Below are positions 51,658-63,516 of a DNA stretch of 64,000 nucleotides, piece by piece. Both the position numbers and the translations under genes were made by a program. The number at the start of each line of letters is the position of its first letter. The first letter of the stretch is position 1. The notes beneath the pieces were generated by a model, which made no database searches, had not been told where the DNA came from, and saw only the letters and a program-made list of their open reading frames with translations. Origin of the DNA: Malacoraja senta (taxonomy: Eukaryota); assembly GCA_038087875.1 (NCBI GenBank), contig CM075987.1, positions 19,842,001 to 19,906,000 on the forward strand, in the 5' to 3' direction.

Positions 51658-53719
51658 TAAGTGGCAGAGTGGGCTTAAAGGACTGGATGACCTATTTCTG
51701 CAACTATTTAATGTATTTTATGTTCTAATCTTTTAGAAAAGAGAGGGCATGTTCCACGATGGTTTCTCCAATGCACAGGCACCTTGTCTGAATGAAAGAA
51801 AAGCTGATTTAGCAGTTTGTATGAATAAATATTTAAAGGTATTGGTTTAGCTGTTTATAAAATATTTAAATATTTTACCAAGGAAAATAGTGAATAAAAA
51901 TGTTGCTTGTGTTCACTTGGATTTTAAATTGACTAGTGGGAATAGATTAAAATGTGGAAAACTTCAGTGAACAGTAGTCTGTTGTCAACTTATAGTGGTT
52001 TGGTTCAATTTCAACTAATGGAAACAAAAAATCATATGAAAGCCTCTTTTACAAGTTGGCTGAGCTTTTGATTGAATAAGAAAGCAGTGGATTCAGGCAC
52101 CACTCAAAGACCTGAGCACATAATCTCTAGTAATATTTCTGTCCAGCAATAAGATGGTGCTACTTTACAGATGATTCCATCCGTATCCCTATCACTCCAA
52201 CACTTTGTGTTTTATTCAAGATTTCAGTACCTGCAGTTCCTTGTGTTTCCTTTTCAACCAATAATAGTTTTGGCTTCAAGTATGCAAAAAATATTTTAAA
52301 ATTTATTCCATGAAAATTAATTGATTTTCAACCACAATTTTTTAGAAATTGGTTCTCTCGGTGCCATAGCGCTGTGCAACCTATTTGATCAGAGTTCTGA
52401 TGGTAATTTTGTAATTGACTGTGAATTGGACTTTCAGAACATGATGGCCTTTATGATTTATATAGAGCTGTGGGTTTTCATAAAGAAGCATGTGCAATCT
52501 ATTATTCACTGAAATTTCAAGAAAGTTATAATCTGTGAAAACCCATGTGCCTGATAATTTGATGATCCCTGCTCAAAGAAAAAGAGAAAGCCCTTCTTCT
52601 GGACCATGTGATTCACCATACTCTGGTGCATAATAACCTGGGAAATATGGCAGAAAATCAGCAGGAATGTCTGCTGGACCTATACAGAGTCAGCTGTTGC
52701 TGACATCAGTTCTGTTGCTAAACTGATTGATGCTTACCCTAACAAATTGTGTTGTGTTAATGCACATAATACATGAACCAGGCACAGGAAAAATGGTCTG
52801 AAGAACCTCATACCCTATTCCTGTACACCAATGACCCACTCCTTCAACTTGTGCTGTTCAATATGATCATTGTGATCTGCAAGTAGCATTTTGGACGCCA
52901 GTCTGGGTGCTCTCCAGGTCATTAAAGAGCAACTCCTGCTTCATCAATGTTTGCTGTATCCCCCTATTATTGCAGACGGAGGCATTATCCACTTTGGCTC
53001 CATGCTGGCTCCCAACAGAGCCATCCAATCAGTTGCATTTCACCCTCTTTATATCTCTGTAGCCCTGCAATTTACTCTCTCCCATCAACTCCCCCTTGAT
53101 TCTTTTTACCTCTTAGCTACACTAAGGAGGAATTTTCAGCAGCAAATTAAACTTCCAATACTTGATATAGATGTGTACCTATTCTAAGCAATAGAATAAA
53201 AACATGCAAAAGCCTAATGAAATCAGAAGTTAAGACTTACAAAACAATATAACCTTGTACCATGAACATAATAGAAAATAGGTGCAGGAGGAGGCCATTC
53301 GGCCCTTCGAGCCAGTAGTTCTTGCAGGTGACTTAACTTTAATTTAACATTTTATTATCCCACTACTACATCTCCAGTGAACAACTGTTCAATAATAGAC
53401 AGAGATTAATATATAATGTGATTCTTATTAATTTTAATAACTTTTCGCTTGCAAATGAAATAAGATTTTCAGTTTAAGGTATAGGATGCGGAGTCCAATT
53501 TCAAAATTATTGATTAGCCTGGATCTTGGGAGCACGTGCATTGTCCTAGTAGGGAATGCCTATATGTACCCCTGCCTTTGTCCTTAACCTGCCTCATTGA
53601 AGACTATATGGTAGAATTGGTTTGTTAATTCATCCCCTGGGGAGCAGGCACTTGTGTTATCTTCCTTCCAGTTGCAGTCCACCCATGCCTGAAGACTCAC
53701 TGTATGGCTACCTTTATAG

Positions 53720-54000
53720 CTATAAGGTGAAAAGGGGAAAGTTAAATTGAGATGTGAGGGGCAAATTTTTTACACAGAGAGTGGCAGAGGCCTGGAGGGC
53801 ATTGCCAGGAGTGGTGGTGGAGGCAGATATGATATTGGAGTTTAAGAGGCTTTTAAATAGGCACATGAAAGTACAGAGAAGTACAAGGAATAGAGGAATA
53901 TGGATCATGTACTGTGTATGGATCAGTTTAACTTGGCATCATGTCCAGCACAAACATTGTGGGCCAAAGGGCCTATTCCTGTAATGTACTGTTCTATGTT
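53720..54000 (+). mobile_element. CR1 3' fragment
   Basis: RGKFFTQRVAEAWRALPGVVVEAD...FKRLL; gggccaaagggcctattcct...ttctatgtt tail. Confidence 0.85.
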
Positions 54001-54935
54001 TATCTTCTATGGAGTGTGGAGTGCTGATATCAAAGCCAATAGCTGAGACTTTCAGATAGGCTGATGGTCCAACAGCTTCTTAAGTGTATTGCTCTGCAGC
54101 TGGAGCCAGGTCAGTTGGATGTTATTGGTTTTCTGAAAGGAAAAAGGTATGTTGGTTGGGCGATGATTAAAATAGGTGTATCTTGCAAACCAGAAGAGAC
54201 TCTACAGGAGCTGTGCAACAGTTGCACCATCTGCGTCATCTGCCTCATCACTGTACCATCGTTCTCAATAGTTTCTATGCCATTGCTGCTCATGGCAGCA
54301 TGCAGCTAAAGGTTTTTCCTGAGCTGACTGCCTGTCGCCCTTTCATGGACACCTGTGTACCCATGCGTCATTGGCGATAGAACAAGTGGTGTCCACTGCT
54401 CTGAGGAGGCCTTACATCTCTGGTAGGCACCAGAGGAGCTAGGGTAAACCCTGGACAAGGATGGCAGTATTTTACTTTGATTTACTTTTTATAAATACTG
54501 AATTGAGAATTATGTAAATCTTGTAAATATGGTAATAAACCCTTTTTTGAAAAACAGTGTTAGAGACCACTGAAATTATATAATATGAATGGATGCTAAT
54601 GAGCACTCAATGATGTCAGTCAGATATGCCACAGGTTTGAATGCTTGCTGCACTTGGTCAAATCGAATTATGCATTCGACTCCAATATGTCACATTTGTG
54701 GTCATTATATTTTACATTATTTTTGAATCAGTACTGAAAGTAATGCGAGTTCTCATTTGTAATGTGCAGTTTTGCAGAGGTTTGTTGTATTCATTGACAC
54801 AACAGGATATGGGAAGTCGCATGATAACTTAAATTCACAGTACAGCTCTATGATATCTTACCATGCATCTGTAAAGGCCTACCATAGAGATATAATTGCA
54901 ACAATACAATATTCAGTTATCTGACTTAAATGAGT

Positions 54936-55038
54936 TTGTTTACACCAGCTGGGGTAGATCAAATTGCTCACACCAACTGGGTTTGAATCAGATTGTTCAC
55001 ACCAGCCGGATTCATATTGAATTGTTTATACCAGCTTG
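54936..55038. repeat. Degenerate 28-29-bp minisatellite, ~3.6 units
   Basis: Units start at 54936, 54964, 54993, 55022: TTGTTTACACCAGCTGG / TTGCTCACACCAACTGG / TTGTTCACACCAGCCGG / TTGTTTATACCAGCTTG. Confidence 0.75.
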
Positions 55039-55673
55039 ACACTAACAATGTGAGCTGTTCAAAATTATCTGTAACATTGCAGCTGTCTTAAATACTGTAT
55101 ATTGAATTCCTGGCTTAGGGGCCAGTGGTGTCTAATAATGTTTCTTTTAATGATATCCTCACTAGCCAAACGTTAGCTTTTCAGAAGATGTGAATACCAG
55201 ATAGATTTGCAGAATTCCTCAATACTTAGGAAGTATTGTGGATTTGAAATGCTGAATAATTACTTGGATCTTTTCAAATGTGAAAGACAACAATAATTTC
55301 AGCTGATTGCAACAACTTCTCTGTGAGTCAAAATTAATTGTTCAAAATTGGCTGGATGTCAGTTGGATTATATTCCACCTCTGGCTCATATTCCAATGGC
55401 TCAGATTTGGACTGAGAAAAGTTACATTGAACTACTTTAATACCAAAGCATCTGTCAATTTGACTGAAACAATTTGGTGCAGCTGAGCTATCTGAATTAG
55501 TTTCAACACAAGTTCCCTGTAACAGATAGCCAACTAATGCTGCATGCAATTACATAAAGTTAACATTGCAGGGGAACATAAATACATAAGAATTAAAAGC
55601 TATAGAGTTGAAGAATAAACCCAATGAAAATTTATATTTTTGTAACTGCCCAAATATATCAATGAATATACAT

Positions 55674-56536
55674 TGGGGGTGTAGCCACGGGAGGGAGATG
55701 GCAGCCTTACTGGCAGTCTGTTGTCTTTTCACTGCTTTTGTTATTTTTTAGTTTGTTAGAAGTTTGTTTTAATGTTCTTTTGGTATGTTTTATGTGGGGG
55801 GAGGGGGGAGGGGGGAGGGGTTCGGGGGAAACTTTTTTCAAGTTCTTACCTTCCCGGAGATGTGATTATTTTTCGGATCACATTCTCCGGGCTCTGCGGC
55901 CTACCATCGCTGGAGCTGGAAGCATCCTCGGACTGTCATGAACCCCACCGCGGGGTGTGGACTTACATCGGAGTGGATCCCTTGCCTGGGATTGCTCCCA
56001 CCGTGACCACCGCGGACTTTATCATCAAGGGCTCGCATTCTCGGGGCGAGGCTAGTCGGGAGCTCCAATGCCGCGGAAAGCTCGACCAACCCCGACGCAA
56101 GGTTCGTTAGCCCGGCGATGCGGGAGTGGAGCGCCTCGATGTGGAGGGCCCGAACACCGGCTACAGGAGTCAAGATCGTCCCGTCAACAGGGGCTCGAGG
56201 CCCACGACCGCGGAAGAGCAAGGGGAAGGAATTGAACTATATTTCGTCTTCCACCACAGTGAGGAGTGTGTAGGAGTCACTGTGGTGTTCATTGTTAAAA
56301 GGTGTTTTGTTTGTTTTGTCTCCAAGATGGCTGCCGGAAGGGAGAGTGAACGCTGGCGCGTTTAGCTGCCGCTGCTCTCGCTTTGAATTGTGTGTTGTCC
56401 CTACTATTTTTTGTTTCTAGTTTTATTTTGCTTATATGTTTTGTAATCTGATTATTCAATTTTGTAAGGCGTCCTTGAGAGTCTTTGAAAGGCGCCCATA
56501 AGTATAATGTTAATAATAATAATAATAATAATAATA
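55674..56536 (+). mobile_element. GC/CpG-rich non-autonomous retroelement(s) ending in an L2-type 3' end and (AAT)n tail
   Basis: Ends tgtaaggcgtccttgagagtctttgaaaggcgcccata...(aat)n, like L2/L2-dependent SINE termini. CpG-rich core 55850-56220. A possible second unit starts at CCAAGATGGCTGCC (~56322). Confidence 0.65.
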
Positions 56537-56713
56537 CAAAACTATACAAAATGTCCCATCAGTACCATCCATCTGTAATTTTGTCTGAAGAATTTGTCTG
56601 CAGTTAGTACAATCCAACTGCAGTTATTTGATAGGTTGTTGGGACAGTGCTTTGCAACTCTCAGTCACCATTAAAGCAGAATAATTGTCACATTTTGTAG
56701 TGTATGCATTCAT

Positions 56714-57899
56714 AAGTTCATGTCTCACAAATCTGATTGAGTTTTTTGAAGATGTGACCAAAAAGCTTGATGAGGGCATAGCTGTAGGTTGTATATATGG
56801 ATTTCAACAAAGCATTCAACAAGGTTCCACACCTTCCTCTGGAAGGTCACTTCCAGGGATCCAAGGAGAGATAGCCGAGTGGATAGAAAATTTAATGGAA
56901 GGAAGCAGAAGGTGATGGTGGAAGGTTGCTGCTCAGACTGAAGGCCTGTGAATAGTGGTGTGCCTCAGGATTCGGTGCTGGGCCCATTACTGTTTGTCAT
57001 CTATATCACAAATTTGCAAATTTGCAGATTATACAAAAGTGGGTGGCATCGCAAATAATGAAGATGGATGTCAAAAATTGCAGCAGGATCTTAATCGGTA
57101 GGCCAGGTGGGCTGAGGAATGGTTGATGGAATTTAATACAGAGAAATGTGTGGTGTTGTAATTTGGAAAGTCTAACATGGCAGGACCTACACAATAATGG
57201 TAGGGTTCTGGGAAGTGTTGTAGAGCAGAGGGATCTAGCCACATCGTTCCTTGAAGGTGGTGTCACAGGTAGATGAGGTGGTCAAATATGCTTTTGCCAC
57301 TTTGGCCTTCATTAGTCAGAGTATTGAGTATAGAAGTTGGGAGGTCATGACATTGATGAGGCTGCATTTCGAGTACTGTATTCAGTTCTGGGCACCATGT
57401 TAGAGGAAAGATGTTGTTAAGTTGGAAAAGATGCAGAGAAGATTTACAAGGATGTTGCCAGGACTTGAGAGTTTGAGATTTAAGAAGAGGTTGAGTAGGC
57501 TGTGACTATTCCCTGGAGCACTGGAGGATGAGGGGTGATCTTATAGAGATGTATAAGATCATGAGAGGAATAGATCAGGTGGACTCATGGAGTCTCTTGG
57601 GGATCGAGAACCGGAGGGCATTGGTTTAAGGTAATGGGAGGAAAGATTTTATGGGAATCCGAGGGATAACTTTTTCATGCAAAGAGTGGTGGGTGTATGG
57701 AATGAGCTGCCAGTGGAGGTAGCTGAGGCAATGACTATCGCAATGTTTAAAAAGCACTTAGGCAGGTACATGGGTAGGACAGGTTTAGAGGGATATGGGC
57801 CAAACACAGGCAAGTGGGACAAGTGTAGATGGGACAGGTTGGTCAATGTGGGCAAGTTGGGCAGAAAGGCCCGTTTCCACGCTGTATGTCTCTATGACT
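56714..57899 (+). mobile_element. CR1 LINE RT to 3' end, ~1.2 kb
   Basis: SCLTNLIEFFEDVT, SGVPQDSVLGPLLFVIYI, QRVVGVWNELP; frameshifted. Confidence 0.93.
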
Positions 57900-57904
57900 C
57901 TAAA

Positions 57905-58122
57905 TCGTAGGAGCAGAATTAGGTCATTCAGCCTATTGGGTCTACTCTGCCATTCAGTCATAGCTGATCTATCTTTCCCTCTCAATCCCATTGTTCTGCC
58001 TAATCCCGGTAACCTTTGACACCCTTACTAATCAAGAACCTGTCAATCTCTGCTTTTAAAATACCCAAAGACTTGGCCTCCACAGCTGTCTCTGGCAATG
58101 AATTCCACAGATTCACCACCCT
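57905..58122 (-). mobile_element. CR1 3' end, tail-to-tail with the preceding copy
   Basis: taggagcagaattaggtcattcagcc...atcaagaacctgtcaatctc...gaattccacagattcaccacc; homologous to 39545-39770. Confidence 0.85.
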
Positions 58123-59663
58123 CATGCATTATCATGTTGTGTGCAAATTAGCTCCTGTGTTGCATTAAAACAAAATAGTTACTCACTTCAAATATACCTA
58201 TTTAATAGTGAAGTGCACTGTGGTGTCCTGTAGTTATGAAAATGCTATATTAATACATACTCTCTTTCTTTTAAAATCTTTTTATTTGTTTTTTTTCCAA
58301 AAAAACAAAAACAAAACATAAAAAAGAGCAAAAAGAATAATGATAAACATAACAATGATATTGATACATAGGGATCAGGATTACATTAATAACAGTTATA
58401 ACCTAATATGAGTCCAATGTCAAAATACACATTGAATATAGACCTCCCGGTCTCTATGTAAATATAGTTAAATCTTTAAAAGAAAACTTATATTTGTAGG
58501 GGAAAAAAACACAAAGATAAAAAGACAAAAAAAATGCATACTCCCTTTCTAAGTTTTGTTTCATGTCTACTTGTGAAAGTTACTTTTTGTGATAAACATG
58601 ACATAGCAGAAAAATTAAAAAATGCAGAATTACTGTTTCCACTTTAGATTGTAAACCACTCCAATATTGAGTTATTGTTATGCATGGCACCATGATAATG
58701 TCTTGTGCACACACGTGGATGATGAGAGAATTACAACAACAAAAGTTGTGAATTTTTGTAAGTTAAAAATGTGTAGAAACAAAAAATTAGATGCATCAGG
58801 TGACATTCAAGAACATTTGGGACTTAAACAGGACAGAATTTGTGAAGGATGACCAATTCTTTGACATCTATTTTACATGCCAGCCACAATTGATTGCTAT
58901 TGCAGAAGATGTTTGTAGCCCAGGATCCTGGAAATTGGTTAAATAGTTTTCATCTTTCCCTTTGCCTCCCCATCTAGAATCCTACAGTCGCATTGAAATT
59001 AATTATGATTCACTCCATGTGCCATCTAATCAGATGTACAATCCAGGAAATGATACCCCAGCATAAAATTTAGGGAATTTGAGCTCCATCATGTGTGGGG
59101 TCCAGCAAGAGGATGATGTGACACGATCGATTAAGTACCTAGACATTATCCAATGGAATTTGATCCACCATTTCTGTTTTATTTTGATTTAATTCCCGGC
59201 AACAATAGTAGTTATGAAGATTGGTGTTTCCTTTTAGGACCTCCACATTGAGCTGTGTGGTAATTCGTTCTGGATTTGCACTAGTTGCTGGCACAACTGT
59301 GGGCAGATATAGGAATGGCAATGGTTTGTGCCAGCTTTCCAGCACAACTGCGCAGTCATTGATGCATGTGACTCCTTTCTTTACTGAGTCTGTCAACAAT
59401 CATGGGGCAGCATGCTGAGTGCTGAGCCAAGTAGTGTGTACACTTGCAAAGAACTCACTGAAACTATTGCTGCTTCACAGTGTTTAATCGTGTGTACGTT
59501 ACATTATCTCATATATTTGGTAAAATGGGAAAACTAAAACATGTACACGTATTTTTATCAATCAGTTTCTTTTATTGATATTACAATTCCAAAATGATGT
59601 GCAAAATGCTGTTTAGATTGAGAAATGCGGTGTCTGATTCCAATATTTTTTCTGTTTCTGCAG

Positions 59664-59717
59664 GGACATCAAGGACCCCATGGAAATCCTGGCCGACCTG
59701 GTCCCATCGGTGGGAAG
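59664..59717 (+). CDS. COL27A1: Collagen XXVII alpha-1, 54-bp Gly-X-Y exon (GHQGPHGNPGRPGPIGGK; probable exon 5)
   Basis: ...tttctgtttctgcAG acceptor, six Gly-X-Y triplets, GTTTGT donor at 59718; resembles the mammalian GPPGPYGNPGLPGPPGAK exon. Confidence 0.93.
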
Positions 59718-59826
59718 GTTTGTCCTGTCTTAAAATATCCCAAGAAATTCAAATAGATTGTTAGTTGTGTGATTTAAATTGTAAAATCGGATAGAAAACA
59801 TAATTAGCAGCTCTTGTGATTGCACA

Positions 59827-60691
59827 TCTATACATAACTAAAACTCTGATCATTTTATCTTCCGGTTTGGCGGTCTTTCTATTTACGCAAAATTGGTTCG
59901 CAATAGCACTACGATTTTTCGCCAGTTCACTCACCGTTGTCCTGTGCTGCGAGTCCACCAAGTTTCATTCCGATCGGTTGAATGTCGTAATAGTTAGCGA
60001 GGTTTGAAAATCTTAAAAACCGCATGTGCGCTGATCGATCTCTTCTGCCAGTCAGCGCCGCGCAAATTAGTCTCTTCCCCTGTCACTCCCTGGGACAGTC
60101 CGACCCTTCCTGCACCATCGCGTCTTTACTGGAGCTGAGGAGGGCCGGCGGAGGTTTCCAACCGGACTTTCGGAGGGACCCGAAGCAGCCCAGCCCCAAG
60201 CAGTCCCGCCCAGCCCCAAGCAGCTGCCCAGCTTCGGAGACCCGACCCAGCCCAGCCCAGTGGGAGACCAAGCCCAGCGTGGGAGACCCAGCCCAGCCCA
60301 GAGTCAGAGATGACCCAGCCCAGCCCGGAGTCGGAGATGTCGCCAATGTCGCCAAACGGAAAGCGGAGACTCTGATCCCTGCGGAGAATGACCAGCGCCC
60401 GCTGTGAGTCCCCATCACACTGCCAATTCCAGCCACTACCCCTCTGGTCCCCCTCGCTGGCTCCTTCCCCCCCTCCCCCATGATGCCCCCCTCTCCCCCA
60501 TGGCTCTTCCCACATCTTTTCTCCAAGCTCACACCCCCACAACTCCCCCCGCCCACACACCCCTCTCCCCCAACACAACCTTTCCCTGCCCACACACCCC
60601 TCCCCCCCACAAGTCCCCCTGCCCACACAACCTTGCGTTGGGGACCAGGCCTCCCGTGTGACTGGGACCCAACGGGTCCCACTTAGTCTGG
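59827..60691 (+). mobile_element. Non-autonomous Helitron (rolling-circle transposon), 865 bp
   Basis: Host A (59826) | 5' TCTATACATAACTAAAA; 3' hairpin TGGGACCC-AAC-GGGTCCCA (60663-60681) ending 10 nt before the terminus CTGG (CTRR) | host T (60692); no TSD; abrupt CpG-rich composition between these limits. Confidence 0.82.
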
Positions 60692-60984
60692 TGTGTAATA
60701 TGCTTGAGCCTGATGGATGTGTCCTTGTACCATTAACATCAATTGTGCATAGCGCACTTACTGTTGCTGCTGCTGACAAGAGTGCAAACCTGTGACATGG
60801 TGACAAGGTGGGGTTTGAAAGTAGACTCAAGCAGAGGAAACAAATGTTAAAAGATTCCTTAAAGGGGCAGACCTCATCTACATTATTGTACAGGTGAGGT
60901 CTGGAAAAGGAAATGAATATTGATTCCGCATCAATATACTGATGAATCATAGGGAAGGCTATGGTAACCTAGTGCTTAAGCTAG

Positions 60985-61240
60985 TAGACCGCACTCTAGC
61001 TGATGAGAGGGCCATTCAGTTGCCTGATAACAGCTGGGAACAAACCAAATCTGAATCTGGAGGTTTGTTTTTTGAAACTTCTGTATCTCTTACCTGATGG
61101 GAGTGGGGAGAAGAGCGAGTGACCAGGGTGAGACTGGTCCTTGATTATGCTGGCGGCCTTGCCGAGGCAGCGTGAAGTGTAGATGGAGTCAATGGAAGGG
61201 AGACTGGTTTATGTGACAGTCTGAGCCACGTCCACACCAC
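60985..61240 (-). mobile_element. Rex1/Babar 3' fragment
   Basis: Homologous to 42900-43135 (gggagtggggagaagag...ccttgattatgctggcggccttgccgaggcagcgtgaagtgtagatggagtcaatggaagggag). Confidence 0.85.
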
Positions 61241-61255
61241 AATACCTGCTCGGAA

Positions 61256-61670
61256 CGGCACCATGGCACAGCTGGTAGAGCTGCTGCTTCACAGCGCCAG
61301 AGACATGGGTTTGATTCAGACCTGTGAGTTTACACATTCTCCCTGTCACCATGTAGTTTCCACTGGGTGCTCCGGTTTCCACCCACGTCCAGACGAACTA
61401 CAGATGCTGGTTTAAATTGAAGGTAGACACAAAATGCTGGAGTAACTCAGCAGGACAGGCAGCATCTCTGGAGAGAAGGAATGGGTGATGTTTTGGGTTG
61501 AGACCCTTCTTTCCTGGGTTTATGTTAATTGGTCTCTGTAAATTGTCCCTAGTGTGCAGGGAGTGGGTGAGAAGGTGGGATAACAATAAACCGGTGTGAA
61601 CTGGTGTGATGGTTGGCATGGATTTAATGGGCCTCAGGGCCTGTTCCTATGCTGTATCTAAACTAAAAAA
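61256..61670 (+). mobile_element. tRNA-derived V-SINE (HE1-like) interrupted by a Penelope pLTR fragment (~61396-61513, minus)
   Basis: A-box TGGCACAGCTGG (61264-75), B-box-like GGTTTGATTC (~61308-17), V-core GGGTGCTCCGGTTTCCACCCAC, CR1-type tail GGGCCTGTTCCTATGCTGTATCTAAACTAAA. Confidence 0.8.
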
Positions 61671-62899
61671 CGAAATTAGAATTTCAGTCAAGGGGCCTTG
61701 CAACAAACTTATATATGTTTCCAGTAAAATTCTGTTTTCATGTGTCTTTTTAGAAACTATTCAATTTACAAACATGCAGACATATAAATTATGAGTAAGA
61801 GGAGGCCATTGACCTAGTATTAGCGAACTACTTCTTCTGTACCTGCTTGACAAGATAAATTCATGTCAATTGCCCTACAGTTTTCATGGTTTCTTTGCAC
61901 ACATATATTTTATTTTGTTACTAATTTTCTTTAAAAAGACAAATTTGGTTTTTATATATTGCAGTGTTCTCATTACTGATAGCTATATCAGGTTTCTGCT
62001 TTGAGGAACCTTTCGCATCTTGGTCACATTGATTGGTCTATTGATGAAATTTGATTTGTCTGATTCTTTGAACGAAAATACATAGTAAAGGTAATGTGTG
62101 CAATCTGGTCTATTGAGCATTTGATTAAATGTGTGGCTGACCTTTTGATTTTGTCAGCAATTTTAATTTTAAATTCTCAACATGCTGCACTGTTTGACTT
62201 TCCAATATCACGTGAGTAGAAAAACAGGCTTAGCATTTCAGTTGTTCGTTACTGTTCCGTTCAGCATTATACGTCTGAAAATCTCAGATTCCTGGAACGG
62301 AATGTAAATGCAACCATTTGCTCTCGACTCGTTCCACACTGCAAATTCGACAAAAGAATTTAGATATAAATTATCTTTGTTCCAATAACATAATTTCTGT
62401 TTCTTTTGGCACAATTTCGATATTGGTTGTACATGGGTTAGATTCACAGTGTTGCCTGGGAAATTAGGTCACATTGTTCCAAGAAGCATCTATTAGTAGT
62501 CACAACCAGGCATAAATCTGCTTGACCAACGACAACCCTATTTAAGTTCTTGGACCAGGTTCACTCAGCATCAGGAATCCAACCCAGGTAGGACCATGTT
62601 TATTTATTTTTTAATGCAACTGCACAGTTTACCCCATTACCTGACATTTCCCATACTTCCTCCGGCCCTGATGAGCATATTGAAGCACAAACGCTATGCC
62701 CCTCTCCGCAAGCTCCTGATCTCCAGATCCACCTTCCCATCTTCACTTCCCCCATCCCCATTCGCCATCAATGTGCTGATCGCATGCCACCATTCCCACC
62801 CTTGCAGTCAACACAGTACTAGACCGATCTAACTGTTCAGAGGTCTCAATCTCCCCAAGGTCCTGATCATGACACTTCCCAGCACTGTCCAAAAATCTA

Positions 62900-63275
62900 A
62901 TAGAATCATAGAGTCTCACAGCGTGGAAGCAGGCCCTTCGGCCCAACTTCGGCCCATACACCCGCCTCGCTTTGAATGAAAATGTTACCCTATTAAATCT
63001 TTCCCCCCTCACCTTAAACCTATGTTCTCTGGTTCTCAATTCCCCTACTCTGGCAAGAGACACTGTGTGTCTACCCGATCTGATCCTTTGATGATTTTGT
63101 ATACCTCTCTAAGATCACCCCTCATCCTCCTGTGCTCAAAGGAATAGAGTCCCAGCCTGCTCAGCCTCTCCTTATAGCTCAGGTCCTCGCATCCTTCCCA
63201 CACCAAATAACATGCACCATCTACACTAGTCCCACCTGCCTGCATTTGGCTCATATCCCTCTAAACTTGTCCTAC
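62900..63275 (-). mobile_element. CR1 3' fragments (rearranged)
   Basis: DLSYKERLSRLGLYSFEHRRMRGDLREVYKI and ELRTREHRFKVRGERFNR. Confidence 0.88.
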
Positions 63276-63516
63276 CAGCAGAGACTCATCCGATCAGCAG
63301 TAAACTCATCCGATCAGCAGAGAAGGTTATTGGCTGCAACCTTCCCTCCATTGATGAACTGTACACTGCAAGGGCCAGGAAGCGAGAGGGCAAGATCATC
63401 TCTGACCCCTCTCACCCCGGCCACAAACTCTTTGAATCACTTCCATCTGGAAGGCGACTCTGGTTTGTCAAAGATGCCACAGCCAGACATAAAAACAGTT
63501 TTTATCCACGAGTAGT
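63276..63516 (+). mobile_element. Rex1/Babar C-terminal fragment with a small 5' tandem duplication
   Basis: Reads LIRSAEKVIGCNLPSIDELYTARARKR.GKIISDPSHPGHKLFESLPSGRRL...ARHKNSFYP; ACTCATCCGATCAGCAG occurs twice at the start. Confidence 0.85.

Noticed and set aside
54936..55038. CRISPR-like repeat-spacer appearance
   Set aside because: Vertebrate intron, degenerate repeats, ~12-bp related linkers, no cas genes.
60024..60950. Long GC-rich ORFs (127, 199, 274 aa)
   Set aside because: Low-complexity products of the Helitron interior; overlapping on both strands with no domain signature.
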